From an uncultured candidatus Brocadiaceae bacterium (lineage in GTDB: Bacteria > Planctomycetota > Brocadiia > SM23-32), in NCBI GenBank assembly GCA_964434535.1, contig CAYSWA010000011.1:744-64743 (forward strand): DNA of 64,000 nt, in the 5' to 3' direction. The position numbers and the translations under genes were made by a program. Under the pieces are notes generated by a model. The model saw only the letters and a list, made by a program, of their open reading frames with translations, ran no database searches and had not been told where the DNA came from. Positions 48,799 through 59,197 of the stretch are shown here, one piece after another. Positions within the stretch are counted from its first letter, which is position 1, and every line of letters begins with the position of its first letter.

Positions 48799-49623
48799 TC
48801 AGCCGAAGCGGCCGGTGATGTAATCCTCGGTCGCTTTCTCGCGTGGCTTGGTGAAGAGCTTGGCCGTCGAGCCGAACTCGACCAGCATCCCCTCGTAGAG
48901 GAAGGCGGTCAGGTCCGAGACACGGGCGGCCTGCTGCATGTTGTGGGTGACGATGATGATGGTGTAGTCGCCGCGCAGCTCGCCGATCAGGTCCTCGATG
49001 TGGGCGGTCGAGCGGGGGTCGAGGGCGCTGGCCGGCTCGTCCATCAGCAGGATCTCCGGATCGACCGAAAGGGCGCGGGCGATGCAGAGGCGCTGCTGCT
49101 GGCCGCCGGAGAGGCCGACGGCGTTGTCGCTGAGCCGGTCCTTGACCTCCTCCCAGAGGGCGGCGCGGCGCAGGCTCCGCTCGACGACCTCGCCCAGCTC
49201 CTGGCGCCCCCGCACGCCGTGGATGCGCGGGCCGTAGGCCACGTTGTCGAAGATGGACTTGGGGAAGGGGTTCGGCTTCTGGAAGACCATGCCGACGCGG
49301 CGCCTCAAAACGACCACGTCGACGCCGGGCGCGTAGAGGTCGTGCCCCTCCAGCAGGAGCCGCCCCTCGGCCCGGCAGCCGCCGATCAGGTCGTTCATCC
49401 GGTTGATGGCGCGCAAGAAGGTGCTCTTGCCGCAGCCGCTGGGGCCGATGATCGCCGTCACCTGCCCGGCGGGGATGGCCATGCTGACTTCCTTGACCGC
49501 CTGGTTCGAGCCGTAGAAGACCGAGAAACCGTCGGCCTCCACGACCGTGGGGCCGCCCTCGGCGGCCTCGAGCGGGGCCCGCGTCTCTATGGTCTGGCTG
49601 AGCAAGCTGTTCTGTGGATCCAT
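48799..49623 (-). CDS. pstB: Phosphate ABC transporter ATP-binding protein PstB
   Basis: Walker [36 protein letters not shown]. Confidence 0.92.
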   Translation of the reverse strand: MDPQNSLLSQTIETRAPLEAAEGGPTVVEADGFSVFYGSNQAVKEVSMAIPAGQVTAIIGPSGCGKSTFLRAINRMNDLIGGCRAEGRLLLEGHDLYAPGVDVVVLRRRVGMVFQKPNPFPKSIFDNVAYGPRIHGVRGRQELGEVVERSLRRAALWEEVKDRLSDNAVGLSGGQQQRLCIARALSVDPEILLMDEPASALDPRSTAHIEDLIGELRGDYTIIIVTHNMQQAARVSDLTAFLYEGMLVEFGSTAKLFTKPREKATEDYITGRFG

Positions 49624-49637
49624 CCTCTACTCCGCTC

Positions 49638-50984
49638 TCAACCCCTGAGCTTGCGGCTGACCCTGGCGCGCAGGATGATGGCCGTCACGTTCAGCAGCAG
49701 GGCCAGCAGGATCAGCGTCAGCACCATCCCGTACTGCACGTGCCGGATCTCGTCGACGGCGGCATGTTCGGTCGCCAGGTTGTAGATGTTCCACGGCAGC
49801 GCCTGGGTGGGATGGGTGAAGACCTCCCAGACCTTCAGCGGCCTGCCGACGCTGACGGCGGCGGTGAAGATGATGGGCGCCGTCTCGCCGGCCGCGCGGC
49901 CCATGCTGATGATAATGCTGGTGAGCACGCCGGGCAAGGCCGCCGGCAGCACCACCGTGAACGTGGTGCGCCACCGCGTGGCGCCGAGGCTCAGCGCCGC
50001 TTCCTTGTAGGTGCGGGGCACGGCGAGTATCGCCTCCTCCGAGGCGCGGATCACCGTCGGCAGCACCAACACCGCCAGCGTCAGCGAGCCGGCCAGCACG
50101 CTCCTTGACTGCGAGACGTGCAGCGTGTTGATGAAGAACGCGAGCCCGAAGAGGCCGAACACGATGCTCGGCACCCCGGCCAGGGTGCTGATGCAGGTGC
50201 GGATGAGGCTCATGAACCAGTTCTGCGGCGCGTACTCCGCCAGGTAAGTTGCGGCGATCACGCCGGTGGGCCCGGCGACCAGCATCGCCCCTATGGTCAG
50301 GTACAGCGTGCCGAGAAAGGCAGGCCAGATGCCGCCGAAGAAGTAGGCGTCGTGCGGCTCGTCCAGCAGGAAGCCCCAGTAGAACGTCCGCCGCGGGCGC
50401 AGCATCCCCTCCAGGTTCTCCTGCAGGTAGCCGAACATCGGCTCCGCGGGCGTTCCCTTGAACCGCTCGACGCGCGGCACGTAGACCTTCTGCCCCATCC
50501 GCGTCGGGTCGGAGTAGTCGTAGGTGGTGATGTAGAGGACGTCGTGGAGCTTGACCAGGGCCCGGTCCCAGCGGGGCGGCGCGTAGCGGTGCCGCAGCAG
50601 TATCGGCTGGTCCTCGTCGGGGAAGGGCCCGAGCAGCTCCCTGAGCGCGTCCTTGAGCGTTCGGAGCTGCTTCCCCTTCTCGATGCGCTCGACGATGCCG
50701 AGCGATTCGATCTGCTGCTCGTACTCGGCGACCATCTCGTAGACGGGTCGTCGGGCGGCACGGACGGCTTCCAGCTCCTCGTCCAGCTCCCGGGGGTCGC
50801 CGCGCTTGAACTGGTCCCACAGGAACCGGCGGTGGGCGATGGTGGCGCGAAAGACGAAGGCCCGCGAGCCCCGCACGAAGATGGGCGCGAGCAGCACGAC
50901 GAGGGCCACCGCCATCAGGACCACCGAGAAGACGCCGAGCCCCGAGAACGAGCGGTCCAGAGCCTTGCGGGTCGATAGCTGCAT
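49638..50984 (-). CDS. pstA: Phosphate ABC transporter permease PstA (long form with periplasmic insertion)
   Basis: 448 aa; C-terminal PstA permease core (SLGATRWRTTFTVVLPAALPG). Confidence 0.88.
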   Translation of the reverse strand: MQLSTRKALDRSFSGLGVFSVVLMAVALVVLLAPIFVRGSRAFVFRATIAHRRFLWDQFKRGDPRELDEELEAVRAARRPVYEMVAEYEQQIESLGIVERIEKGKQLRTLKDALRELLGPFPDEDQPILLRHRYAPPRWDRALVKLHDVLYITTYDYSDPTRMGQKVYVPRVERFKGTPAEPMFGYLQENLEGMLRPRRTFYWGFLLDEPHDAYFFGGIWPAFLGTLYLTIGAMLVAGPTGVIAATYLAEYAPQNWFMSLIRTCISTLAGVPSIVFGLFGLAFFINTLHVSQSRSVLAGSLTLAVLVLPTVIRASEEAILAVPRTYKEAALSLGATRWRTTFTVVLPAALPGVLTSIIISMGRAAGETAPIIFTAAVSVGRPLKVWEVFTHPTQALPWNIYNLATEHAAVDEIRHVQYGMVLTLILLALLLNVTAIILRARVSRKLRG

Positions 50985-50987
50985 CGC

Positions 50988-52127
50988 TCAGCCGCTCCTC
51001 CCCTTTGACCTGCGGATCGCCCATTCGCTGACCAGGTTGCAGAGGAAGGAGAAGGTCAGCAGGCAGAGCGCCAGCGCGAACAGCACGTGGTAGCGCGCCG
51101 AGCCGGTCACGTGGTCCGCCTCGCCCATCTCGCCGGCGATCGTCGCCGTCAGCGTGCGCACCGGCTCCAGGAAGTTGTACCACGGCTCGGGGATCTGCGC
51201 CGCGTTGCCGGAGGCCATCCAGACGACCATCGTCTCGCCGACGGCGCGCATCACCCCCAGCAGCACCGCGGCCAGGATGCCGCTGCGGGCCGCCGGGATG
51301 ACGACCCGCACCATCGTCTCGGCCCGCGTCGCGCCGAGCGCGTAGCTCGCCTCGCGCAGCTCCCGCCCGACGGCAGAGAGCGCATCCTCCGAGACGCTGA
51401 CCACCGTCGGCAGGGCCATGACGCCGAGGATGATCGAGACGTTCAGCGCGTTCGTGCCGCTGGAGATCTCGACTGCGCTGAGCCGGCGCGCCAGGACGGC
51501 GAGCCCTCCGCAGGAGGCCCCCGCCAGCAGCAGCCGCGCGAGCGGACGGGCCGCCCGGCGCGCCCGCTCCGAGAGCGGCGTCGTGAGCAGGTCGCCGAGC
51601 GCCAGCGAGAGGATGACGGCGAGGGGGAAGCCCGTCACCAGCAGCCCCACGGCCAGCACGATGCCGCCGCGCTGCTGGAGCAGCGGCGCGAAGACCACCA
51701 GGGCGAAGAACCCGTAGGCCACCGAAGGGATGGCCGCCAGCACCTCGATGACGGGCTTGACCGCCTGGCGCAGCCCGAACGGCAGCACGTCGCTCAGGCA
51801 GACGGCGGCGAGAACGCCGAGCGGCACGGCCACGATCATGGCCCCGGCCGTGACCATGGCGCTGCCGTAGAACAGCGTCAGGGCGCCGAACTCCGGCGGC
51901 TCTCTGGAAGGATACCACTGCCTGCCGGTGAACAGCTCCGCGAAGCCCCGCATGCGGAAGAACGGCAGCGCGTCGCGGATGATGTAATAGAAGATGAACA
52001 GGATCGTCAGCGCCGAAGCGGCGGTGATCAGAAACAGGAGCGCCTCGCCCGCAAAAGTGACCAGCCGCCCCAGGCGGCTGGTCCTTCTGCTGGTGAGCGA
52101 CCTGGCGTTCGGTTCCCGGCCCGTCAC
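50988..52127 (-). CDS. pstC: Phosphate ABC transporter permease PstC
   Basis: 379 aa; ABC permease EAA-like region (ALGATRAETMVRVVIPAARSG). Confidence 0.85.
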   Translation of the reverse strand: MTGREPNARSLTSRRTSRLGRLVTFAGEALLFLITAASALTILFIFYYIIRDALPFFRMRGFAELFTGRQWYPSREPPEFGALTLFYGSAMVTAGAMIVAVPLGVLAAVCLSDVLPFGLRQAVKPVIEVLAAIPSVAYGFFALVVFAPLLQQRGGIVLAVGLLVTGFPLAVILSLALGDLLTTPLSERARRAARPLARLLLAGASCGGLAVLARRLSAVEISSGTNALNVSIILGVMALPTVVSVSEDALSAVGRELREASYALGATRAETMVRVVIPAARSGILAAVLLGVMRAVGETMVVWMASGNAAQIPEPWYNFLEPVRTLTATIAGEMGEADHVTGSARYHVLFALALCLLTFSFLCNLVSEWAIRRSKGRSG

Positions 52128-52178
52128 CTCGCTGGCCCTCGGCTGGGGCAGTGGTCAGGGATCGCGCGCCCGGCCCCT

Positions 52179-53024
52179 TCAGCGGTAGCTCGTCACGGGG
52201 ATGAACCCGACCGCTTCGATGATCTCCTCGCCCTGCTCGGTCAGGTACAGCGTGACGAACGCGTGCACGTGGCCGCCGAGCTTCGGGTAGCCGTCGGTGA
52301 ACATGAACAGCGGCCTGGCCACCGGGTAGCGCCCGGAGGCGACGGTGGCCCGGTCGGGGTAGACGCCGCCGACGGTCAGCGCCTTCACCGTCTCGTCCAC
52401 AAAGCCGAGCCCGACGTAGCCGACGGCGGCCGGCGTGGTCTGGACCCGCTGGCGGATGGCGCCGTTGCTGCCGACGTACTCCGCGCCGGCCGCGATCTTC
52501 TCCTTCGCCATCACCAGCCCCTCGAACGTCTCGTAGGTGCCGCTGTTGGTGTCGCGGCTGACCATCACGATCTTGCGGTTGGGGCCGCCCAACTCGCTCC
52601 AGTTGGTGATCCGGCCCATGTAGATGTCGCGCACCTGCTCGACGCTCATCTCCTGGACCGGGTTGGTCGGGTGGACGATGATCGCAATGCCGTCCATCGC
52701 CACCACGTGGGCCACCGGCAGCACGCCGTTCTCAACGGCGGCCTTGAACTCGCCTTCCTTCATGAAGCGGGACATGTCGGCCACGTCGCAGACGCCGTTG
52801 ATCAGGCTCTTGGCGCCGTTGCCGCTGCCCGACTCGCTGACGGTGATGTCCACGCCGGGGTGCTGGCTCATGTAATACTCGGCGAACGCCTTGGCGATCG
52901 GGCCGACCGTGGTCGAGCCGTCCACCACGATCTTGCCGGCCTCCTGCGCCTGCGCCGCCGTCCACAGCGAGCAGAGCCCGACGGTCAGGGCGGCCACGAC
53001 GCAACTGCTCAGTTTTCCCTTCAT
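52179..53024 (-). CDS. pstS: Phosphate-binding protein PstS
   Basis: 281 aa; signal peptide, DGSTTVGP and SGSGNG phosphate-binding motifs. Confidence 0.88.
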   Translation of the reverse strand: MKGKLSSCVVAALTVGLCSLWTAAQAQEAGKIVVDGSTTVGPIAKAFAEYYMSQHPGVDITVSESGSGNGAKSLINGVCDVADMSRFMKEGEFKAAVENGVLPVAHVVAMDGIAIIVHPTNPVQEMSVEQVRDIYMGRITNWSELGGPNRKIVMVSRDTNSGTYETFEGLVMAKEKIAAGAEYVGSNGAIRQRVQTTPAAVGYVGLGFVDETVKALTVGGVYPDRATVASGRYPVARPLFMFTDGYPKLGGHVHAFVTLYLTEQGEEIIEAVGFIPVTSYR

Positions 53025-53144
53025 CTTGCGAACTCCTTTCGAGACCGTGGTTTGGGTGGGACGGCCGTCAGGCCCCCCCTGCCCCGCCGTCCATCTTATA
53101 CGGGGCGTATGTTAGCGCTTTGTGAGCCCCGCACGCGGCCGCCC

Positions 53145-54797
53145 TCAGTCCTTGCCCAGCAGCCACTGGTCGAAGCCGAACGCCGTGTTCGGCAGCGCCA
53201 CCGCGTCGCGCTCGGCCACTTGCGCCCGCACCAGGGCGTCTTCGGCGCGGGCCAGCTCCTTGTGCACCTCGTTGTAGTGGACCATCTTCGGGGTGAGCAC
53301 CACGACCAGCTCCGTGTGGCGTTTGGCGTTCTGCTCGCCGCCGAACAGGTAGCCAAGGATCGGGATGCTGCCCAGCAGCGGGATCTTGGCCGTGGACTGC
53401 ACCTCCTCGGTGCGCTTCAGCCCGCCCACGCAGGCGGACACGCCGTCGCGCACCAGCACCGTGCCGAGCACCGTGCTGCTGGAGACCGAGGAGGGGATGA
53501 AATCGCCCACGGCGGTCGTGCGCGTGATCGGCTTGCCCGACGGCGTGTTGCCGACCAGGTCGCTCAGCTCGAGCGCGTAGACCAGCTCGGTCGTCTCCAG
53601 GCCGATGAACGGGATCACCCCGAGCGTGAGCCCGACGGTGAGCCCCTCGCTGCTGTGGCGCAGGCAACGCTCGCGCAGGAGCTCTTCGAAGCCGGACTCG
53701 GCCTCGCCGCCCGGCTCGATTAGGTCGTCCTCGTCGGGGGTGCGCTGGAAGTGGAGCACCTCGTCGGCGACGGCGAGCGTGCCGACGGTGCCGTGACGGA
53801 CGTTGAGGCGGCCGCTGGTGACCAGGCGGGCGCGCCCCTTGCGCAGCAGGAAGTCCAGGTACTCCGCGGTCAGCAGGTAGCTGGCCGCGGCGTAGTGGCC
53901 GCGCCCGCGCGTGCTGAACCGCTCGGTGGTGCCGAGCAGGGCCGGCGGCAGGAAGGGGTCGAAGATGCTGGTGACCTGGTCGGCCTTCTGGTGCCCGCTG
54001 AAGCCCCAGGCGATGAAGTCGAACAGGTCCTTGCCCGGCCCGCACTTCCAGGCCACGTAGTCGAGCCCGAGCTTCAGGTCGTTACTCAGCTCGACCTCGT
54101 AGACGGCGGCGTCGATCAGCACCTGGGGCGGGAAGAGGTCCACCTGCTCGGCGGCCTTCAGCCAGCTCGCGATGCGGTAGGGCTCGCCGCGCTTCCAGAT
54201 GGCGTTCGCCGCCTCGTCCACCCACGTGGTGTCGCCGTCCAGCTCGCTGCCGCCGGGCACGGAGGCGATCTCGTCGATGGCGTCCACGTCCCGGTACCTG
54301 GCCCGGTAGTAGATCTGGTGGGAGCCGTCGACGTCCTCGGTGATCCAGCCCTCATCGAGGGCCTTCAGCGCCTCCTCGATGTAGGGCAGCTGGAACCTGG
54401 GGCAGATCACGTGCAGGTAGGCCTTGCCGCCCACCTTGTCGCGGATGACTTCCGCGCGGCCGCCTTCCTTGCCCGTGATGCGCCGGAACAGCCCCCGGAT
54501 CTCCTTGGGGCTGGCCTGGTGGATGGGGAAGACCCCGACCACGTAGTCGTTGACCAGGTTCTTCTGGTTGACGCGCAGGACCTTGACGATGGAGTCCTTC
54601 CCGCCGTCGATGTTGATCTGCTCGTCCTGGTTGGTGTAGTCGTCGACGTCGCTCGCCGAGGCGCTGGGGCTGGCATTGCCGCGGCGCGACTGGACGCCGG
54701 ACGCCTCGTCGGCGCCGGCGCCGAACGCGGGCCGCGCAGCCACCAGGCAGAGCCCCAGTGCGGCGGCCAGAACCGATAAGGTCTTGATGCCTCTCAT
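53145..54797 (-). CDS. Secretin-family outer-membrane channel protein (paralog 1)
   Basis: 550 aa; signal peptide. C-terminal secretin domain with IPLLGSIPILGYLFGGEQNAKRHTELVVVLTPKMV. Shares GFDQWLLG with the C-terminus of paralog 2. Confidence 0.75.
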   Translation of the reverse strand: MRGIKTLSVLAAALGLCLVAARPAFGAGADEASGVQSRRGNASPSASASDVDDYTNQDEQINIDGGKDSIVKVLRVNQKNLVNDYVVGVFPIHQASPKEIRGLFRRITGKEGGRAEVIRDKVGGKAYLHVICPRFQLPYIEEALKALDEGWITEDVDGSHQIYYRARYRDVDAIDEIASVPGGSELDGDTTWVDEAANAIWKRGEPYRIASWLKAAEQVDLFPPQVLIDAAVYEVELSNDLKLGLDYVAWKCGPGKDLFDFIAWGFSGHQKADQVTSIFDPFLPPALLGTTERFSTRGRGHYAAASYLLTAEYLDFLLRKGRARLVTSGRLNVRHGTVGTLAVADEVLHFQRTPDEDDLIEPGGEAESGFEELLRERCLRHSSEGLTVGLTLGVIPFIGLETTELVYALELSDLVGNTPSGKPITRTTAVGDFIPSSVSSSTVLGTVLVRDGVSACVGGLKRTEEVQSTAKIPLLGSIPILGYLFGGEQNAKRHTELVVVLTPKMVHYNEVHKELARAEDALVRAQVAERDAVALPNTAFGFDQWLLGKD

Positions 54798-54835
54798 CTG
54801 CGTTTCTCCTTCTGTCGGGAGTCAGAGCCGGCCCG

Positions 54836-56437
54836 CTACTGCGCGGGCTCGGGGTCCAGCAGCCACTGATCGAAGCCCCATTCGGTGGTCAGGGCCTTCG
54901 TAGGCCATTCGCGGCGGGCCCGCGCCCGAATGAGCGCGGCGTCGATGTCCGTGCCGGCCCCGCCCATGGCGCTGAAGTCCTTGACGGTGCCGGCCCTCAG
55001 CACCACGACCACCTTGCGGTTCTTGACCAGGTTCTGCTCGCCCCCGAAGAGCCATCCCAACACGGGCAGGCTTCCCAGCACGGGGATCTTGTTGGTCTGC
55101 TGGACCACCATCTGGCGGTCGTAGCCGCCCAGGACGATCTCCTGGCCGTCCTGGACCCGCACCTCGGTGTTGAAGTTGCGCCGCACCAGCTGCGGCTCGC
55201 CGCTGGTGCCGAAGCCGCTGTGGCCGACGATGTCCAGGTCGATCGCCAGGTTGATGCCCTTCGTCCCGACCAGGGGGCTGACCTCCATGAAGACGCCGGT
55301 CTCTACCGAGCCGAGCCGGCGGGGCCGCTGGTCGCCGACGACGATGCGGCTGCCGTCCAGGTTCAGCGGGCCGATCTTGCCGCTTTCCAGCGGGATGCCG
55401 TCGCGGATGTCGGGGAAGGCGTCGAACCCGCCGTCCTCGGCGACCCGCCAGAAGAAGATCGAGTCGCTCGACTCCAGCAGGGCCGTGCGCCGGTTGCGGG
55501 TCAGCAGCTTGGTGCTGGTTAGCACGCGCGCCTTCTGCTTGGTGACCAGAAAGTCGAAGAACTCGCCGGGCACGTCCAGGAAGTAGCTGTAGTGGGCGCC
55601 CTTGGTCTTCCAGGCGTGGTGGTCCAGCGAGAAGGTGCCCACGCCCGTGTCCAGCAGCGGGTCGCCGGTGCCGGTCAGGGTGGGGACCCTCTCCTTCTGC
55701 CAGAACAGGCCGGCGGTGAACAGGTCCCGCCCGGGCCCGTTCTTCCAGGCCACGTAGTCGAGGCCGAGGGCGTCGTCGTTCTCGACGTTCACCTCGTAGA
55801 GCGTGGCCTCGATCATCGCCTGCGGCGGCGGCTGGTCCAGCACGGGCATCCAGCGCTGGACGTCCGCGATGCTGCCGGGCGAGTCGTAGAACAGGAAGGC
55901 GTTGACCTCGTCGTCGGCCACGAAGTCGCCGGATTCCTCGTCCCCCTCCAGCGCCGTGTCGGCGACGGCGGTGATCAGGTTCGTCCAGTCCCGATCCTCG
56001 ACGTGGCGGTGCTTCGGGCGGTAGTAGTACATCTCGTCGCCCGAGGAGCTGGTCAGGCCCGGCACGTCGATCGTCGCCATCAGTTCGTCGATGGAGGGTA
56101 TCTGGTAGAGGGGCGCGATCACGACCGCCTTGCCGCTGCGGACGCTGCGGTTCGGGTCCTTCGGGTCCTGCGGCTTGCCGAACAGGAACCAGGCCCCCTC
56201 CTCGATCTCCATCGTGCGGCGGATGAAGCGCACCACGTCGTAGGGGTTGACGTTCTCCATGTTGTAGACCTTCGGCACGTACCGGTTGGTCTGTGCCTTG
56301 TTGGTCGTCCTGAGCACCCGGATCAGGTGCGTCTCGATCTCATCGGGCGCCTTGAACTCGGCGCCCTCCTGCGCGGTGGCCGGCCATCCGCCCGCCAGCG
56401 CAAGCAGCGCCGCCGTCAGTGCTATGAGCCTTTTCAT
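54836..56437 (-). CDS. Secretin-family outer-membrane channel protein (paralog 2)
   Basis: 533 aa; signal peptide. Secretin motif IPVLGSLPVLGWLFGGEQNLVKNRKVVVVL. Clear paralogy to 53145..54797 (LGLDYVAWK, GFDQWLL). Confidence 0.75.
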   Translation of the reverse strand: MKRLIALTAALLALAGGWPATAQEGAEFKAPDEIETHLIRVLRTTNKAQTNRYVPKVYNMENVNPYDVVRFIRRTMEIEEGAWFLFGKPQDPKDPNRSVRSGKAVVIAPLYQIPSIDELMATIDVPGLTSSSGDEMYYYRPKHRHVEDRDWTNLITAVADTALEGDEESGDFVADDEVNAFLFYDSPGSIADVQRWMPVLDQPPPQAMIEATLYEVNVENDDALGLDYVAWKNGPGRDLFTAGLFWQKERVPTLTGTGDPLLDTGVGTFSLDHHAWKTKGAHYSYFLDVPGEFFDFLVTKQKARVLTSTKLLTRNRRTALLESSDSIFFWRVAEDGGFDAFPDIRDGIPLESGKIGPLNLDGSRIVVGDQRPRRLGSVETGVFMEVSPLVGTKGINLAIDLDIVGHSGFGTSGEPQLVRRNFNTEVRVQDGQEIVLGGYDRQMVVQQTNKIPVLGSLPVLGWLFGGEQNLVKNRKVVVVLRAGTVKDFSAMGGAGTDIDAALIRARARREWPTKALTTEWGFDQWLLDPEPAQ

Positions 56438-57309
56438 TCCTTCTTCCCTTCATCCAGAGAAGTGCCCATCTCCAGGGGGCTCACCACCCCGCTGTATGGG
56501 TTCACGGTGCAGCCGGCGATCCCCTCGACCAGGCCCCCGCCGCCGTCGCGGAAGACGACCCACGTGAACAGGCCCGTCTCCGCCAGGGGCACCAGAACGG
56601 CCCTCAAGGGCGCATCACCGGGCAGGCCGCCGCGCTCCCGCGCCAGGGCCAGAGCCTGCTCTCGAGTGATCAGCCCCGAGTAGGGGTCCCGCTCCAGCAT
56701 CACCTCGTCGGTCACGCGGAACTCGACCGGCCTGGAGTAGGCCGTCGTCAGCAGCTCCGCCCGCTCCTCGGCCCGGGCCGCGCCGGAGAGCGCAACCATC
56801 AGGCCCCACTGCCCCGCCTCGCCGGTGAGCCGTGTGAAGAGGAACTCCCGCGAGGCCCTCTCCTGCGGCCCCAGCACGCGGGGCAGGCTGGGGACGCCTT
56901 GCGGGAGCACCGGGCTGCGGCGCATGCGCACCCCCGTGCCCGGCTGGCCGAAGTAGAAGGTGAGCGTCCGCTCGTCCAGGCCCGGCACCAGCAGGCCCGG
57001 CTCGCCGGCGTTGCCGACAACGACCGTCGCCCGCACCGGCTCGCCGAGCCGGTACGTATCGCCGTCCACGAAGAGCCTCACCTCGGCCGGGGGATTCAGA
57101 TCCGCGCTCGCGCAGCCGGCCAGGGCGAGAATCGCCCCGGCGGCCAGCACGGCGTAGGGGCCCTGCGCCCCGGCCGGACGCCGCCGCCCGCTGCGCCCGC
57201 CTGCCGCTTGCCCACCTCCTTTCACGAAGCCGGACCGGCGCGGGGCCGGCGGCGCCTCCCCCGCCGCGTCAGACGTGGTTGCAGCACGCTCGGCATGTGA
57301 ATGTAACAT
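56434..57309 (-). CDS. Putative lipoprotein (possible secretin-associated pilotin-like protein)
   Basis: Lipobox LALAGC preceded by an Arg-rich n-region. The stop overlaps the secretin-2 start (ATGA). The true start is probably an internal GTG (VKGGG...); the coordinates given are the listed ORF. Confidence 0.55.
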   Translation of the reverse strand: MLHSHAERAATTSDAAGEAPPAPRRSGFVKGGGQAAGGRSGRRRPAGAQGPYAVLAAGAILALAGCASADLNPPAEVRLFVDGDTYRLGEPVRATVVVGNAGEPGLLVPGLDERTLTFYFGQPGTGVRMRRSPVLPQGVPSLPRVLGPQERASREFLFTRLTGEAGQWGLMVALSGAARAEERAELLTTAYSRPVEFRVTDEVMLERDPYSGLITREQALALARERGGLPGDAPLRAVLVPLAETGLFTWVVFRDGGGGLVEGIAGCTVNPYSGVVSPLEMGTSLDEGKKE

Positions 57310-57421
57310 CGCGCTCCCTCCCGAGGCAGGTGTTCACAACAGGGAAGGTTAGGCGGGCGCGGTTTGCCCACTAATAGCGCGGTGTTAGAAATGCGCTAAT
57401 CCAGCGTGCCGCGGGCGCGGT

Positions 57422-59194
57422 TCAGCGCCGGGGCAGCTCTACGGTGAAGGTGGAGCCGGCGCCGGGGCGGCTCTCGACGCTGACGCGGCCCCCGTGCGCC
57501 TGGGCGATGTGCTTGACGATGGCCAGGCCCAGGCCCGTGCCCCCGAGCTTGCGGCTGCGGGCCTTGTCCACGCAGTAGAACCGCTCGAAGATGCGGGGCA
57601 GGTGCTCGGGCGGGATCCCGCAGCCACGGTCCTGGACGCCGATGCTCAGGCGGCCCCCCTCGGCGCGCGCCCGCACGTCGACTGCGGCGCCCTGCTCGCT
57701 GTGCTTGATGGCGTTGTCCAGCAGGTTGGCCACGGCCTGCTCCAGCAGATGGGGGTTGACGCGCGCGGTCATCTCCTCGGGGCACTCGATGCGCACCGTC
57801 ACGTCCCGCTCGGCGGCCGCGGCCTCGCAGTCGCGGGCGGCGGCGTGGAGCACGTCAGCGATGGAGGTGCTGACCAGGTCGATCTGCTCCTGGTCGGACT
57901 CCCGCTCGATGCGCGAGAGCGCGAGCAGGTCCTCGATGATCTTGCCGAGCCGCTCGGCCTGGTTGGCGAGGATGTCCAGGAAGCGTCGGGCCCTCTGGGG
58001 GTCCTCGACGGCCCCCTCGCGGAGCGTCTCGACGAAGCCCTGGATGGCGGTGATCGGCGTGCGCAGCTCGTGCGAGACGTTGGCCACGAAGTGGCGCCGG
58101 ACGTTTTCGAGTCGGCGCACCTCGGTCAACTCGTTGAGCACGATCAGCGCCCCGATCTGTCCGTCCTCGGCGTCTCGCAGCAGCGTGCCCCGGGCGGCCA
58201 CGTACCGCTCGGCGCCGTTGTGCAGCACGATCTCCCCCTCGAGCGGCTCGCCCCCCTCCAGCACGCGCCGGGCGAAGCGCTCCAGCAGCACGTTGCGCGC
58301 GACCTCGGGCAAGGTGCGCCCCTCGGCCTGCTGGCGCTCAACGTCCAGCAGGTCGGCCGCCGCCTGGTTGATGCTGATGATGCGCTGAGAGTTGTCGACG
58401 GCGATGACGCCTTCGGCCATGCTGGACAGGACGGCCTCGTACTGGCTGTTGCGGCGCCCGAGGGCCTCGACGCGATCGCGCAGGCTGGCGGCCATGCGGT
58501 TCAGCGCGACGGCCAGGCTCTCCAGTTCGGCCGTATCGGGCACCACGGCCCTGTGGCCCAGGTCGCCCTCGGCGAACCGGTCGGCCACGCGCGCCATGCG
58601 CCGCAGCGGCAGCGCGATCCGGCGCGAGACCAGCACGGCGATGAGGGCGGCGAGCGCGGCCACTACGGCCCCCCCGAGCCAGACCTGGCGCGTCACCGCG
58701 TCCAGCTTCTCGTTCGCCTCCGTCAGCGGCAGGGATGCGCGCACCACGCCGGCCGGCGCCCGCCCCTCCAGCACGGCGAGGGCCACGTACATCATCTCCG
58801 TGCGGCGCGTCTGGCTATAGCGCACCGACGAGCCCACCTTGCCGGCCATCGCCTCGCGGACCTCGGGGCGGGCGGCGTGGTTGTCCATCCGCGATGGATC
58901 TTCCTCGGAGTCGCAGAGCACGCGCCCGGTCGGGCTGATGATGGTCAGGCGCACTGCGGCGGCGCTGGCCAGCCGCGCGCAGAGCGGGGCCATGGGCTCG
59001 GCCTGGCCGGCGGGGACCTCCTCGCGCAGCCGCGGCGCTATCAGGGCGCAGGTCGTCTGGAGCTGGCGTCGGATCTGGGAGAGGTGGAAGCGCCTCACCG
59101 ATCGCATGGCGTACGTCGCCACGCCCAGGATGCAGAGGGCGATGACCACCAGGTAGGTGGGGAAGAGCCGCCACGCTAAGCGCCGCCTGGCCAT
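57422..59194 (-). CDS. phoR: Phosphate regulon sensor histidine kinase PhoR
   Basis: 590 aa; two TM segments, HAMP, PAS, H-box (VSHELRTP), HATPase_c ([13 protein letters not shown]). Confidence 0.88.
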   Translation of the reverse strand: MARRRLAWRLFPTYLVVIALCILGVATYAMRSVRRFHLSQIRRQLQTTCALIAPRLREEVPAGQAEPMAPLCARLASAAAVRLTIISPTGRVLCDSEEDPSRMDNHAARPEVREAMAGKVGSSVRYSQTRRTEMMYVALAVLEGRAPAGVVRASLPLTEANEKLDAVTRQVWLGGAVVAALAALIAVLVSRRIALPLRRMARVADRFAEGDLGHRAVVPDTAELESLAVALNRMAASLRDRVEALGRRNSQYEAVLSSMAEGVIAVDNSQRIISINQAAADLLDVERQQAEGRTLPEVARNVLLERFARRVLEGGEPLEGEIVLHNGAERYVAARGTLLRDAEDGQIGALIVLNELTEVRRLENVRRHFVANVSHELRTPITAIQGFVETLREGAVEDPQRARRFLDILANQAERLGKIIEDLLALSRIERESDQEQIDLVSTSIADVLHAAARDCEAAAAERDVTVRIECPEEMTARVNPHLLEQAVANLLDNAIKHSEQGAAVDVRARAEGGRLSIGVQDRGCGIPPEHLPRIFERFYCVDKARSRKLGGTGLGLAIVKHIAQAHGGRVSVESRPGAGSTFTVELPRR

Positions 59195-59197
59195 CTG

